NCBI GenBank assembly: GCA_947445225.1
Contig: CANFCX010000001.1
Location: 154,287 to 217,355 of the forward strand
DNA: 63,069 nt
Source of the DNA: Rhodospirillales bacterium
GTDB lineage: Bacteria; Pseudomonadota; Alphaproteobacteria; CACIAM-22H2
Reading direction: 5' to 3'
A program made the translations under genes and the position numbers. The notes under the pieces are model-generated. The model was not told the origin of the DNA and made no database searches. It saw only the letters and a program-made list of their open reading frames with translations. Of this stretch, positions 9,566-18,332 are shown piece by piece (positions within the stretch are counted from its first letter, which is position 1; each line of letters opens with the position of its first letter).

Positions 9566-10132
9566 ATGATACTCGTCCGCCACGGAGAATCGGAATTCAA
9601 CGCGGCCTTCAATCGAACCCGCATTGATCCGGGAATAGTCGATCCGCGATTGACCGGCGAAGGGCGGGCTCAAGCCAGCGCCGTCGCGATCGCGCTGCAC
9701 GAGTTGGGAATAAGGCGGCTGATCGCGAGCCCCTATACCCGCGCCCTGGAAACCGCCTCCTTGATCGCCGAGGTTCTGGGAACGCCGATCGGGGTTGAGC
9801 CGCTTGTGCGCGAGCGTTCCGCCTTCATCTGCGACATCGGCACGCCGGTCGCGGAGCTTGCCCGGCGTTGGCCGGCCCTTCGTTTTGACCATTTGGCCGA
9901 CCCGTGGTGGACCGCAATCGAGGAATCCGAGGACGCGCTGGCAAACCGCGGCCGAAATTTCTGTGCCGCCGCCGGGCGCGCCGCCGACCACAATCATGTC
10001 GCCGTGGTCACCCATTGGGCGTTCATTCGCGCCCTTACCGGCCTTTCGCTCGCCAACGGAACCTGGGTCGCCTTTGACCCGGAGGCATCGGCGGCGCCGG
10101 GTCCGGTCGCCGGATTGGCGCAAGCTATATGA
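9566..10132 (+). CDS. Histidine phosphatase (phosphoglycerate mutase) family protein
   Basis: N-terminal catalytic RHGES motif (MILVRHGESEFN) and a later TH motif (VVTHWAF). Confidence 0.75.
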   Translation: MILVRHGESEFNAAFNRTRIDPGIVDPRLTGEGRAQASAVAIALHELGIRRLIASPYTRALETASLIAEVLGTPIGVEPLVRERSAFICDIGTPVAELARRWPALRFDHLADPWWTAIEESEDALANRGRNFCAAAGRAADHNHVAVVTHWAFIRALTGLSLANGTWVAFDPEASAAPGPVAGLAQAI

Positions 10133-10162
10133 TCGATACAGCCGTCAGGGGAGAACAGATAC

Positions 10163-10693
10163 ATGGCTGAAAACGACGCAACAAACGCTGAGGCTGCAAA
10201 GCCGGCCGGTGCCGCGGAGGCCGGTCGTCGCGGTCAGCCTATCACGGTAAATCTTCAGTATATCAAAGACTTATCGTTTGAAAATCCAAAGGCGCCGCAT
10301 TCGCTGGCGGGGCAAAAGGATCCCCCGCAGGTATCGGTTGCGGTCGAGGTAAAGGCGCGCACCCTCGGCCCCAATGTTTACGAAGTCGTCATCGAGATCC
10401 ATTCGGAAGCGAAAGTGGGCCCGGAGACGGTGTTTGTCGTTGAATTGGCCTATGCCGGCATCTTCACGCTTGAGGGTGTGCCGGAGAATGCCGTGGGTGC
10501 TGTGCTTCTGATCGAATGCCCAAGGTTATTGTTCCCCTTCGCCCGAAGCATCATCGCCAACGCCACGCGTGATGGCGGCTTCCCGCCATTGATGATCAAC
10601 CCAGTCGACTTCGTTGAGATGTACCGGCGCAATCAAGGCACGCCAACCGGCGCCGGCGCGCCTTCGAGCCCAGTTCCGGGCGCGACGGCGTAA
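10163..10693 (+). CDS. secB: Protein-export chaperone SecB
   Basis: SecB-typical ITVNLQYIKDLSFENP and LLIECPRLLFPFAR blocks. SD GGGGAGAA upstream. Confidence 0.9.
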   Translation: MAENDATNAEAAKPAGAAEAGRRGQPITVNLQYIKDLSFENPKAPHSLAGQKDPPQVSVAVEVKARTLGPNVYEVVIEIHSEAKVGPETVFVVELAYAGIFTLEGVPENAVGAVLLIECPRLLFPFARSIIANATRDGGFPPLMINPVDFVEMYRRNQGTPTGAGAPSSPVPGATA

Positions 10694-10757
10694 TCGGTGA
10701 CCGCGGTCGCCTTCTGGCCCACCCGTGCCGCCAAGGCAATGCGAATGACGCCCGCTC

Positions 10758-11735
10758 TTGCCCGTGACGCTGCTCGACATCGATAACCTGACGGTGCGGT
10801 TCCCGTCGCCGCGCGGCACCTACCGCGCCGTTGACGGGTTGTCGCTTTCCGTGGACGAAGGCGACGTCGTCGGCATCGTCGGTGAATCGGGCGCCGGCAA
10901 GAGCGTGTCGATGTTGGCGGTGATGGGGCTGGTTCGTTGGCCGGGCGAGGTGCAGGCCGACACCCTGGAATTCGCGGGGCAAGATCTAAAATCGCTCTCC
11001 AACCGAAAGCGGCGCGCACTTTCGGGCAAAGATATCGCCATGGTGTTTCAGGAACCGACGGCCAGCCTCAACCCGTGTTTTTCCATCGGCTTCCAATTGA
11101 CCGAAACGATCGCGGCGCATGAACGGGGAACGGCCGCCGGCCGTCGCGCGCGGGCCATCGAATTGCTCGGCCGAGTCGGCATCGCCGCGCCGGAATCCCG
11201 GTTGAGTTCTTTTCCGCACCAGCTTTCCGGGGGCATGAACCAGCGGGTGATGATCGCGATGGCGATCGCTTGTCGGCCGCGGCTGTTGATCGCCGACGAG
11301 CCGACCTCGGCGCTCGATGTCACCATTCAGGCGCAGATACTCGACTTGTTGCTCGAGCTTCGGCGCGAAGAAGGCATGGCCGTGATCCTGATCACGCACA
11401 ATATGGCGGTGGTCGCGGAGACCACGCAGCGCGTCATCGTCATGTATGCGGGACAGGCCGTGGAGGAGAGCCCCGCCGACCTGATTTTGAGCCAGCCCCG
11501 GCACCCTTACACCGCGGCTTTGCTCGCGGCTTTGCCGGAGCGTGCCTGGGGACAGCGGCGCCTGCAGGCGATTCCCGGTCTGGTTCCGGGGGCTCTGGAC
11601 CGGCCCGAGGGCTGTTTGTTCAATCCACGCTGCACACTCGCCGGCGAGCGCTGCCGCCGCCAAGCGCCCCCGGAGTTGGAGGCCGATGACGGCCGCGTTC
11701 GTTGCCACACGCCCTTGATTGGCATGCGCCCATGA
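10758..11735 (+). CDS. Dipeptide/oligopeptide-type ABC transporter ATP-binding protein (DppD/OppD-like)
   Basis: Walker A GESGAGKS, signature LSGGMNQR, Walker B LLIADEPTS and an oligopeptide-type C-terminal extension (HPYT, CxF..RC). Confidence 0.85.
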   Translation: MPVTLLDIDNLTVRFPSPRGTYRAVDGLSLSVDEGDVVGIVGESGAGKSVSMLAVMGLVRWPGEVQADTLEFAGQDLKSLSNRKRRALSGKDIAMVFQEPTASLNPCFSIGFQLTETIAAHERGTAAGRRARAIELLGRVGIAAPESRLSSFPHQLSGGMNQRVMIAMAIACRPRLLIADEPTSALDVTIQAQILDLLLELRREEGMAVILITHNMAVVAETTQRVIVMYAGQAVEESPADLILSQPRHPYTAALLAALPERAWGQRRLQAIPGLVPGALDRPEGCLFNPRCTLAGERCRRQAPPELEADDGRVRCHTPLIGMRP

Positions 11736-12728
11736 GTGTGCCCGCCGCGGCGGCGGTTGCCGCCCCCTTACTCGAATCGGTGCACCTCACCCCGCGACTA
11801 TGTCCAACGACAAGGCATGTGGGGCGGAAACACGACCCTGCGGGCGGTGGATGGGGTGTCGTTCAGCCTCGCGGCCGGCCGCACGCTCGCGGTCGTGGGC
11901 GAATCGGGCTGCGGAAAATCGACACTGGCGCGCATGGTCGCCCTCATCGATCCGCCGACCTCCGGCAGCCTCAAATTCTCCGGGCGCGAGGCCGCCAATG
12001 CCAAGGGCGGCGATTTGAGAGGGTTTCGTCGCCTCGTTCAGATGGTCTTCCAGGACCCCTACGGCTCGCTCAATCCGCGTCACAAGGTGGGCTCCATCCT
12101 GATGGAGCCGTTGGCCATCAATACGGCGCTGACGCAGGACGAACGCGAACATGCGGCTCGATCGATGATGGGACGGGTCGGGCTGCGCCAGGAACATTTC
12201 ATCCGCTACCCGAATATGTTTTCCGGCGGCCAACGCCAGCGCATCGCCATCGCCCGCGCCCTGATGCTGAAGCCGCGGATTGTTGTCGCCGATGAACCGG
12301 TCTCGGCCCTGGACTTGTCCATTCAGGCCCAGGTCTTGAACCTGCTCTTGGATTTGCAGGAAAGCTTCAAACTCGCTTATCTCTTCATCGCCCACGATCT
12401 GGCGGTCGTCCGCCACATCGCTCATGACGTGCTGGTCATGTATCTGGGCCGAGTCGTCGAATACGGCCTGAAGGAGGCGATTTTCGAGGCGCCGCGACAC
12501 CCCTATTCGATGGCGTTGCTGTCGGCGACACCGACCACCGATCCGGCGTCGCGCAACCATAGGGTCGTATTGTCGGGCGAGCCGCCCTCGCCGCTCGACC
12601 CGCCGGCCGGCTGTGCGTTCCATACGCGCTGCCCCCATGCCACCGATTTGTGCAAGGCGGAGCGTCCCGCGCCCCGTTACGTCGATGGCCGCCTCGTCGC
12701 CTGCCACCATGCCGAGCGCCTGGGCTAG
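11736..12728 (+). CDS. Dipeptide/oligopeptide-type ABC transporter ATP-binding protein (DppF/OppF-like); N-terminus apparently frameshifted relative to an ATG at 11732
   Basis: Walker [10 protein letters not shown], signature FSGGQRQR, Walker [10 protein letters not shown]. The conserved first strand PLLESVHLT is encoded in another frame from ATG 11732 (see findings). Confidence 0.8.
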   Translation: MCPPRRRLPPPYSNRCTSPRDYVQRQGMWGGNTTLRAVDGVSFSLAAGRTLAVVGESGCGKSTLARMVALIDPPTSGSLKFSGREAANAKGGDLRGFRRLVQMVFQDPYGSLNPRHKVGSILMEPLAINTALTQDEREHAARSMMGRVGLRQEHFIRYPNMFSGGQRQRIAIARALMLKPRIVVADEPVSALDLSIQAQVLNLLLDLQESFKLAYLFIAHDLAVVRHIAHDVLVMYLGRVVEYGLKEAIFEAPRHPYSMALLSATPTTDPASRNHRVVLSGEPPSPLDPPAGCAFHTRCPHATDLCKAERPAPRYVDGRLVACHHAERLG

Positions 12729-12836
12729 AAACGCGATCCCTTTGCCGACGGCCGATCGCGGTTTGACGGATTCCCACGACTTGCCCCGCGCCGCGTTCTT
12801 CGTAATCATGGCGCGCCTTTTGCCACCAGGAAGCCG

Positions 12837-13457
12837 ATGACGCAGGCCCCAAAAGATAATGTCGTCGACGCGAGCGTGACGACCTCGCGCCTGCTCCAGA
12901 ATTTGGGACGCGGCGAGCCGGATCAGCGAGTCAGCGTGTCCGAGGTGTTGTCGGTGCTCGGCGATCGCGTGCCGCTCTTCGCGATGTTGTTGCTTGCCCT
13001 GCCCAATACGGTGCCCGGCCCGCCCATACCGGGGTTGTCGACGGTCACCGGCCTGCCTTTGGCGATCATCGCCCTGCAATTGGTGTTCGGCCGGCGTCAG
13101 CCCTGGGTCCCTGGATGGATCGGCCGACGCAATTTCAGCCGGGGCAACCTGGCGGCCTTTGCCCGCGCGGCAACACCCTTGTTGCGGCGGCTGGAAAGTT
13201 TGCTGCGGCCGCGCTGGCCGAATTTGGTGTCGGGTTCGGCGGAGCGTGCCATGGGTGCCCTGTGTTTTGCTCTTGGGGCGATGTTGCTGCCGCCGCTGCC
13301 CTTCGTCACGATTATCCCGGCATTGGCTATCGTACTGATTTCATTGGCAATGATAGCCAGGGATGGCGCCGCCGTGGCGGTGGCGGGGGTGATCGGCATG
13401 GTTGTCGTGTCGGTGCTTTCCGGCCTTCTTTTCCTCGGCGTCGACGTGGTCACGTGA
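12837..13457 (+). CDS. exoD: Exopolysaccharide synthesis protein ExoD family (membrane)
   Basis: ExoD-like block VSVSEVLSVLGDR, then LLLALPN and hydrophobic segments. Confidence 0.7.
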   Translation: MTQAPKDNVVDASVTTSRLLQNLGRGEPDQRVSVSEVLSVLGDRVPLFAMLLLALPNTVPGPPIPGLSTVTGLPLAIIALQLVFGRRQPWVPGWIGRRNFSRGNLAAFARAATPLLRRLESLLRPRWPNLVSGSAERAMGALCFALGAMLLPPLPFVTIIPALAIVLISLAMIARDGAAVAVAGVIGMVVVSVLSGLLFLGVDVVT

Positions 13458-13574
13458 ATGCGTTCCTGGCGTCGAACGCCGGGACTTGCTCCCGGCTTGT
13501 GCGCGACCTAATCTTTGCCCGTGCGCGTAAAAGGCGGGACTGATTGAAACCGTATCGCTTATGGAGGAGGCACC

Positions 13575-14471
13575 ATGCACCCACTGATCAACCAAGAAAT
13601 CATCAATCTCTACGACGAATACACTCACGCGCCGCTTCCGCGCCGCGTGTTTCTCGATCGGCTGACCAAGCTGACGGGCAGCGCCGCCGCGGCCGCCACG
13701 GTCGTCGGACTGCTCGACAACAACTACGCCAATGCACAGACCGTCAAGCTGGACGATCCGCGCATCTCCGTCACCAATCGCGTCAGCTTCCCGGCGCCGG
13801 AGATGATGAACGGCCATCTGGCTTGGCCCAAGACCGGCGGGACGAAATTCCCGGCCGTGGTCGTGATCCACGAAAACCGCGGCCTGAACCCGCACACCGA
13901 AGACGTGGCCCGCCGTTTCGCCACGGTCGGCTTCCTGGCGCTCGCCCCGGACGCGCTCGCCCCGCAGGGCGGCTACCCCGGCGACGAGGACAAGGCCCGC
14001 GAATTGTTTGCAAAGGTCGACGCCAACAAGGCATCCGAAAACATGGTTGCCGCGGTGCGCTTCCTGAAGTCTCATCCCAATAGCACCGGCAAAGTCGGCA
14101 TCGTCGGCTATTGCTGGGGCGGCGGCCAGGTCAACCAGGTGGCCCTTCGCGCCGGCGCCGATCTCACCGCTGGCGCGCCTTACTACGGCGCGGTGCCGGC
14201 CGCGGCGGATATGGGCAAGATCAAGGACATCAAGGCGAAGATGCAGTTGCACTACGCCGAGACGGACGCCGGCATCAATGCACGTGTTCCGGAATACGAA
14301 GAGGCGCTGAAGGCGGCCGGCGTGTCGTTCGAAAAGCACGTCTATCCCGGCTCGCAACACGCCTTCTTCAATGACACGGCTGGCGCGCGGTACCACGAAG
14401 CTTCCGCGAAGCTCGCCTGGGATCGTACCGTGGCCTTCTTCAAGGCGAATTTGGGCGGCCCGAGCGCCTAA
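13575..14471 (+). CDS. Dienelactone hydrolase family protein with RRxFL Tat-like N-terminal region
   Basis: N-terminus LYDEYTH..PRRVFLDRL..AAAAATVV, then VVIHENRGLNPH and GYCWGG (nucleophile elbow). SD GGAGGAGG. Confidence 0.8.
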   Translation: MHPLINQEIINLYDEYTHAPLPRRVFLDRLTKLTGSAAAAATVVGLLDNNYANAQTVKLDDPRISVTNRVSFPAPEMMNGHLAWPKTGGTKFPAVVVIHENRGLNPHTEDVARRFATVGFLALAPDALAPQGGYPGDEDKARELFAKVDANKASENMVAAVRFLKSHPNSTGKVGIVGYCWGGGQVNQVALRAGADLTAGAPYYGAVPAAADMGKIKDIKAKMQLHYAETDAGINARVPEYEEALKAAGVSFEKHVYPGSQHAFFNDTAGARYHEASAKLAWDRTVAFFKANLGGPSA

Positions 14472-14510
14472 TTAAGAAGGGGCGCGGAATCGGCCCCGTA
14501 AAACGAAGAA

Positions 14511-14552
14511 CCCCCCTCTCCCCGCCCGCACTTTGCGAGCGAGAGAGGGGGG
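14511..14552. terminator. Stem-loop region between convergent DLH and PepSY genes (candidate terminator)
   Basis: CCCCCCTCTC (14511-14520) pairs with GAGAGGGGGG (14543-14552). An alternative GCGAGC/GCTCGC stem overlaps it. No clean U-tract. Confidence 0.3.
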
Positions 14553-14629
14553 TGCTCGCGGCGACACCAGTCTCGGGGGGAGGGCCCTGGGGCGACGACC
14601 GCGAGTTGGTTAGGCGAAACTCCGAAAAA

Positions 14630-14986
14630 TTAGGTTCTGCCCCGCGGCATCGGCATGTGCCGGCCGTGGTCATCCTCGCGGCGCATTTGCGGTGGCCGTG
14701 GCGCAGGCTCCGCGATGGCGCCGCTGATGGGGTCCACGGTTAACGCGCGCAATTCGCCACCCTGATCGAGCGCGCGAACGACCCAAAGTCCGCGCGTCCT
14801 TTCGATCTCGCGGATGGTCGAATAGCCGCCATCCTCGAGCTTCTTGACGATGTCGGAAAGCGCCATCGCCCTAGCCGTCGGCGATGGCAGGGGGGCCGAT
14901 GGCGAGGCCGGTTGCGCCAGGGCGGCGCCCCCGACGGCGGTGAGCGCGATCAGCCCGACGGCCAAATTTCGTATCTTTTCGTTCAT
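14630..14986 (-). CDS. PepSY domain-containing secreted protein
   Basis: Signal peptide (AVGLIALTAVGGAALAQP) and a PepSY-like core (GYSTIREIERTRGLWVVRALDQGGELRALTVDPISG). Confidence 0.7.
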   Translation of the reverse strand: MNEKIRNLAVGLIALTAVGGAALAQPASPSAPLPSPTARAMALSDIVKKLEDGGYSTIREIERTRGLWVVRALDQGGELRALTVDPISGAIAEPAPRPPQMRREDDHGRHMPMPRGRT

Positions 14987-15160
14987 GAGGACAACTCCTG
15001 AAGGTCGTGGTCGATGGTCGCCATCCTGCCGAAGCCGGCCTTAACCCAGCGTGATGGGGACGTTCATCGTCGGTTCATCCCCGGTGCGCCACCATCCCGA
15101 CGAAATTCGATGTATGATGTTTCGGCGCTAAGCTCGGGGGCGCCGATCGGGTCTTGGACC

Positions 15161-15574
15161 ATGCGAATAGTGCTGTTCGTTGCAATGTTGTTGGCGCTCG
15201 CGCTGCCGTCCACCGACGGCCGCGCGGACGATCGCATGCGCCGCGATCACGATCGCGCCCGCGCCGCCTTTCAACGTGGCGAGATTAGGCCGCTGGACGA
15301 CATATTGGCGCGCTTGCGCCCGGATTTTCCGGGGCGGCTCTTGCGCGTCGATCTCAACCTTGAAAACGCCGGCAGCCAGCGCTGGGTTTATCAAATCCTC
15401 GTCATCGGGAGGGAGGGCAAGGTAACGCGCCTGCGCGTCGATGCCCGCACCGCCGACATCATCGCCGCCGAAGCCGGACCTTTGCCGCGAGCCCCTCGCC
15501 CGCCCCTGGCGCCATCGCCGAACGGCGGGCGGCCGGGTGATTTGCCCGCGACCCGCCCGGCCGCGGTGCGCTGA
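15161..15574 (+). CDS. PepSY-like secreted protein
   Basis: Start trimmed to ATG 15161 (MRIVLFVAMLLALALP signal). PepSY-like core LLRVDLNLE..WVYQILVIGREGKVTRLRVDARTADI. Upstream of the RR/HK pair. Confidence 0.6.
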   Translation: MRIVLFVAMLLALALPSTDGRADDRMRRDHDRARAAFQRGEIRPLDDILARLRPDFPGRLLRVDLNLENAGSQRWVYQILVIGREGKVTRLRVDARTADIIAAEAGPLPRAPRPPLAPSPNGGRPGDLPATRPAAVR

Positions 15575-15631
15575 AACCCGGCGCCTCGGGTCGCGTTCGC
15601 GCGCAGCTCCCAACCGAGTAAGCAGATTCCC

Positions 15632-16375
15632 ATGCGTGTCTTGGTCGTCGAGGACGATCCCGATCTTTCCCGGCAATTGGTCGCGGCGTTGACCGAGGCC
15701 GGCTACGCCAACGACCACGCGGCCGATGGCGAAGAGGCGCTGTTTCTCGGAGACACCGAACCCTATGACGTCGTCGTGCTCGACTTGGGCCTGCCAAAGC
15801 TCGACGGGGTCAGCGTCCTAAAACGTTGGCGCGCGGCTGGCCGCGCGATGCCGGTACTGATCCTGACCGCGCGCGATATGTGGAGCGAAAAGGTCTCGGG
15901 TTTCGATGCCGGCGCCGACGACTATCTCGCCAAGCCCTTCCATATGGAGGAACTGCTCGCCCGGCTCCGGGCGTTGATTCGCCGCGCCGCGGGCCATTCC
16001 CGTGCCGAGATCGAATGTGGCCCGGTTCGGCTCGACACACGCACCGGCCGCGTCGACGTCAACGGCGCGCCCATCCGTCTCACCGCCCAGGAGCAAAGAA
16101 TTCTCGCTTATTTGCTGCACCACCAGGGGCGTACGGTCAGCCGGACGGAGTTGACCGAACATGTCTACGATCAGGATTTCGACCTCGATTCCAACGTCAT
16201 CGAGGTTCTGATCGCGCGCTTGCGCAAGAAACTCGGCGTGCCCGTGATCGAAACCGTGCGCGGCCTGGGGTATCGCGTGGGCATTCCCGGACCCGCCGCG
16301 CCCGAAGCCGCGCCAACGAAGGCGGAAGCCGCGAAATCGCCGGCGCCCCAGCGTCATCGTGGCGGCAAGGCGTAG
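15632..16375 (+). CDS. OmpR-family DNA-binding response regulator
   Basis: Receiver motifs (VVEDD, VVLDLGLP, LTAR, AKPF) and a winged-helix C-terminus (LTAQEQRIL..RGLGYRV). Confidence 0.9.
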   Translation: MRVLVVEDDPDLSRQLVAALTEAGYANDHAADGEEALFLGDTEPYDVVVLDLGLPKLDGVSVLKRWRAAGRAMPVLILTARDMWSEKVSGFDAGADDYLAKPFHMEELLARLRALIRRAAGHSRAEIECGPVRLDTRTGRVDVNGAPIRLTAQEQRILAYLLHHQGRTVSRTELTEHVYDQDFDLDSNVIEVLIARLRKKLGVPVIETVRGLGYRVGIPGPAAPEAAPTKAEAAKSPAPQRHRGGKA

Positions 16376-17711
16376 ATCGCTTGTCCTTCGGCTGGTCACC
16401 GCGGCCGGCTTGTGGGCGGCGGCGGCGCTGCTCGCCGCCGGGATTTTGCTGTCCGCGCTGTTCGGTGACGCGGTCGAACGCGGGTTCGATGCACGTTTGG
16501 GCGTCATCCTCGACAGCTTGATCGGCAGCGCCGAACTGACGGCCGACGGCGCGCTGGACCTGGCGCTGCCCCCCGGTGAGGAGAGGTTCAACCAGCCCTA
16601 TTCCGGGTGGTATTGGCAGGTCAGTCTCGACCGCGAGCCGGTGCTGCGATCGCGCTCGCTTTGGGATCGGGCCTTGCCCGGCCTGGTTGCGAATGAAACA
16701 CCGGAAAGACGGGGCGAACTTTCCGGGCCGCGTGGGGAAAGGCTGCGCTCGATCGAACGCGACGTGGCCCTGCCCGATTCGCCTTCTCTGCTTCGCTTCC
16801 AGGTGGCGGTGGAGGACGCGGAGCTGGTCGAGGAGCAGCGGAATTTTCAATCGGCCTTGGTGGCCGCGCTGGGGTTGCTCGGGCTTGCCCTCGTGGCGGC
16901 GTTGTGGGTACAGGTTCGCTTCGCGCTCGAGCCATTCGGCCGGCTGCGCCGCGCCCTGGCCGCCGTGCGCGGCGGGCGCGAGGCCCGGCTCAAGGGAGTT
17001 TACCCCGGCGAAATCGCGCCGCTGATCGATGAATTGAACGCCCTGCTCGATCACAACGAAATCGCCCTCGTCCGCGCCCGCAGCGAAGCCGCCAATCTGG
17101 CCCATGCGTTGAAGACGCCGCTGGCGGTGCTCGCCAACGAGGCCGGCCGCGAACACGGCGCGCTGGCCGAGACCGCCGCGCGCCAGGTCGACGTCATGCG
17201 CCAACAGGTCGATCGCCATCTCGCGCGCGCGCGCGCGGCCGGCGGTCAGGTGTTGGGGGCACGCGCCGAAATTGCACCGGTGGCCGATGAATTGCGGCGG
17301 ACGTTGCTGCGCGTGTATGCCGACAAACACGTTGATATCGACATCGCCAGGACCCCGGGCGTTGCCTTCCGCGGCGATCGCCAGGACCTCGCCGAGATGC
17401 TGGGCAATTTGCTCGACAACGCCTGCAAATGGGCGCGTGGCAAGGTTCGCCTCGATGCCCGGTCGGCGGGCGGGCGGCTCATGCTCAGCGTGGAAGACGA
17501 TGGGCCGGGAGTGTCGGCGCCCGAGCGTGAAGCCGTTCTGACCCGTGGCACCCGCCTCGATGAAAGCGTGCCGGGCAGTGGGCTCGGCTTGGCGATCACG
17601 CGCGAACTGGCGGAGCTTTACGGCGGCAGCCTCACCCTCGGTGAAGCCCGCCTTGGCGGGCTTCGTGCGATCCTGAACCTACCCGCTTCCGAGGAGGAAG
17701 TCGGTTCCTAG
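16359..17711 (+). CDS. Sensor histidine kinase (two TM segments, HAMP, HisKA, HATPase_c)
   Basis: H-box AANLAHALKTPLAVL, N-box LLDNACKW, G-boxes DDGPGV and GSGLGLAI. GTG start overlaps the RR gene by 17 nt. Confidence 0.85.
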   Translation: MAARRRSLVLRLVTAAGLWAAAALLAAGILLSALFGDAVERGFDARLGVILDSLIGSAELTADGALDLALPPGEERFNQPYSGWYWQVSLDREPVLRSRSLWDRALPGLVANETPERRGELSGPRGERLRSIERDVALPDSPSLLRFQVAVEDAELVEEQRNFQSALVAALGLLGLALVAALWVQVRFALEPFGRLRRALAAVRGGREARLKGVYPGEIAPLIDELNALLDHNEIALVRARSEAANLAHALKTPLAVLANEAGREHGALAETAARQVDVMRQQVDRHLARARAAGGQVLGARAEIAPVADELRRTLLRVYADKHVDIDIARTPGVAFRGDRQDLAEMLGNLLDNACKWARGKVRLDARSAGGRLMLSVEDDGPGVSAPEREAVLTRGTRLDESVPGSGLGLAITRELAELYGGSLTLGEARLGGLRAILNLPASEEEVGS

Positions 17712-17720
17712 GGAACCGAC
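17700..17720. terminator. Perfect 9-bp hairpin at the convergent HK/infC junction, with the HK stop codon as its loop
   Basis: GTCGGTTCC-TAG-GGAACCGAC. The gap between the two stop codons is only 10 nt. Confidence 0.35.
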
Positions 17721-17721
17721 G

Positions 17722-18258
17722 TTATTTGGGCGCCAGCACCATGGTCATCTGCCGGCCTTCCATCTTGGGAAACTGCTCGACCTTGGCCTTTTCGTCGATG
17801 TCGGCGCGCACGCGATCCAGAAGCTGCATCCCCAGTTCCTGGTGGACCAGCTCGCGGCCCCGGAAACGCAGGGTCACCTTGACCTTGTCGCCTTCCTCGA
17901 GGAAGCGGTGCATGGCGCGCATCTTCACGCCATAGTCATTGTCGTCGATGGTTGGGCGCATCTTGATCTCTTTGATCTCGATGACTTTTTGCTTTTTGCG
18001 CGCCTCGTTTTTCTTCTTCTGCTCCTCGTATTTGAACTTGCCAAAATCGAGGATCTTGCAGACGGGCGGCTCGGCGTTGGGCGCCACCTCGACGAGGTCG
18101 AGATCGACCTCCATGGCCATCCTCAGCGCTTCAAGCAGGGGGACGACTCCGATCATGTCGCCCTTGTGGTCGATCAGGCGAATGCTGTTCGCCTCGATCT
18201 GATCGTTGATCCGCGGTCCTTCCCGAACCGGGGCCGCGTTGGAAGTCGGTCGCGCGAT
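17722..18258 (-). CDS. infC: Translation initiation factor IF-3, proposed non-canonical ATC start
   Basis: The conserved IF-3 N-domain ([25 protein letters not shown]) is encoded upstream of the first canonical start (ATG 18156). ATC at 18258 lies 8 nt after AAAGGAG. No in-frame ATG/GTG/TTG back to the thrS stop. Confidence 0.8.
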   Translation of the reverse strand: MARPTSNAAPVREGPRINDQIEANSIRLIDHKGDMIGVVPLLEALRMAMEVDLDLVEVAPNAEPPVCKILDFGKFKYEEQKKKNEARKKQKVIEIKEIKMRPTIDDNDYGVKMRAMHRFLEEGDKVKVTLRFRGRELVHQELGMQLLDRVRADIDEKAKVEQFPKMEGRQMTMVLAPK

Positions 18259-18332
18259 GTAGAAGTCTCCTTTGTAAAACCTGCACTCGATCCGGCGAAC
18301 GATTTCGCGCCGGTCCCCGTGCGGCGAGGATA

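Noticed and set aside
13440-13462. CACGTG-centred sequence (gtggtCACGTGaatgc) as a possible third parS.
   Set aside because: The flanks mismatch the parS arms at most positions. Only the central hexamer is shared.
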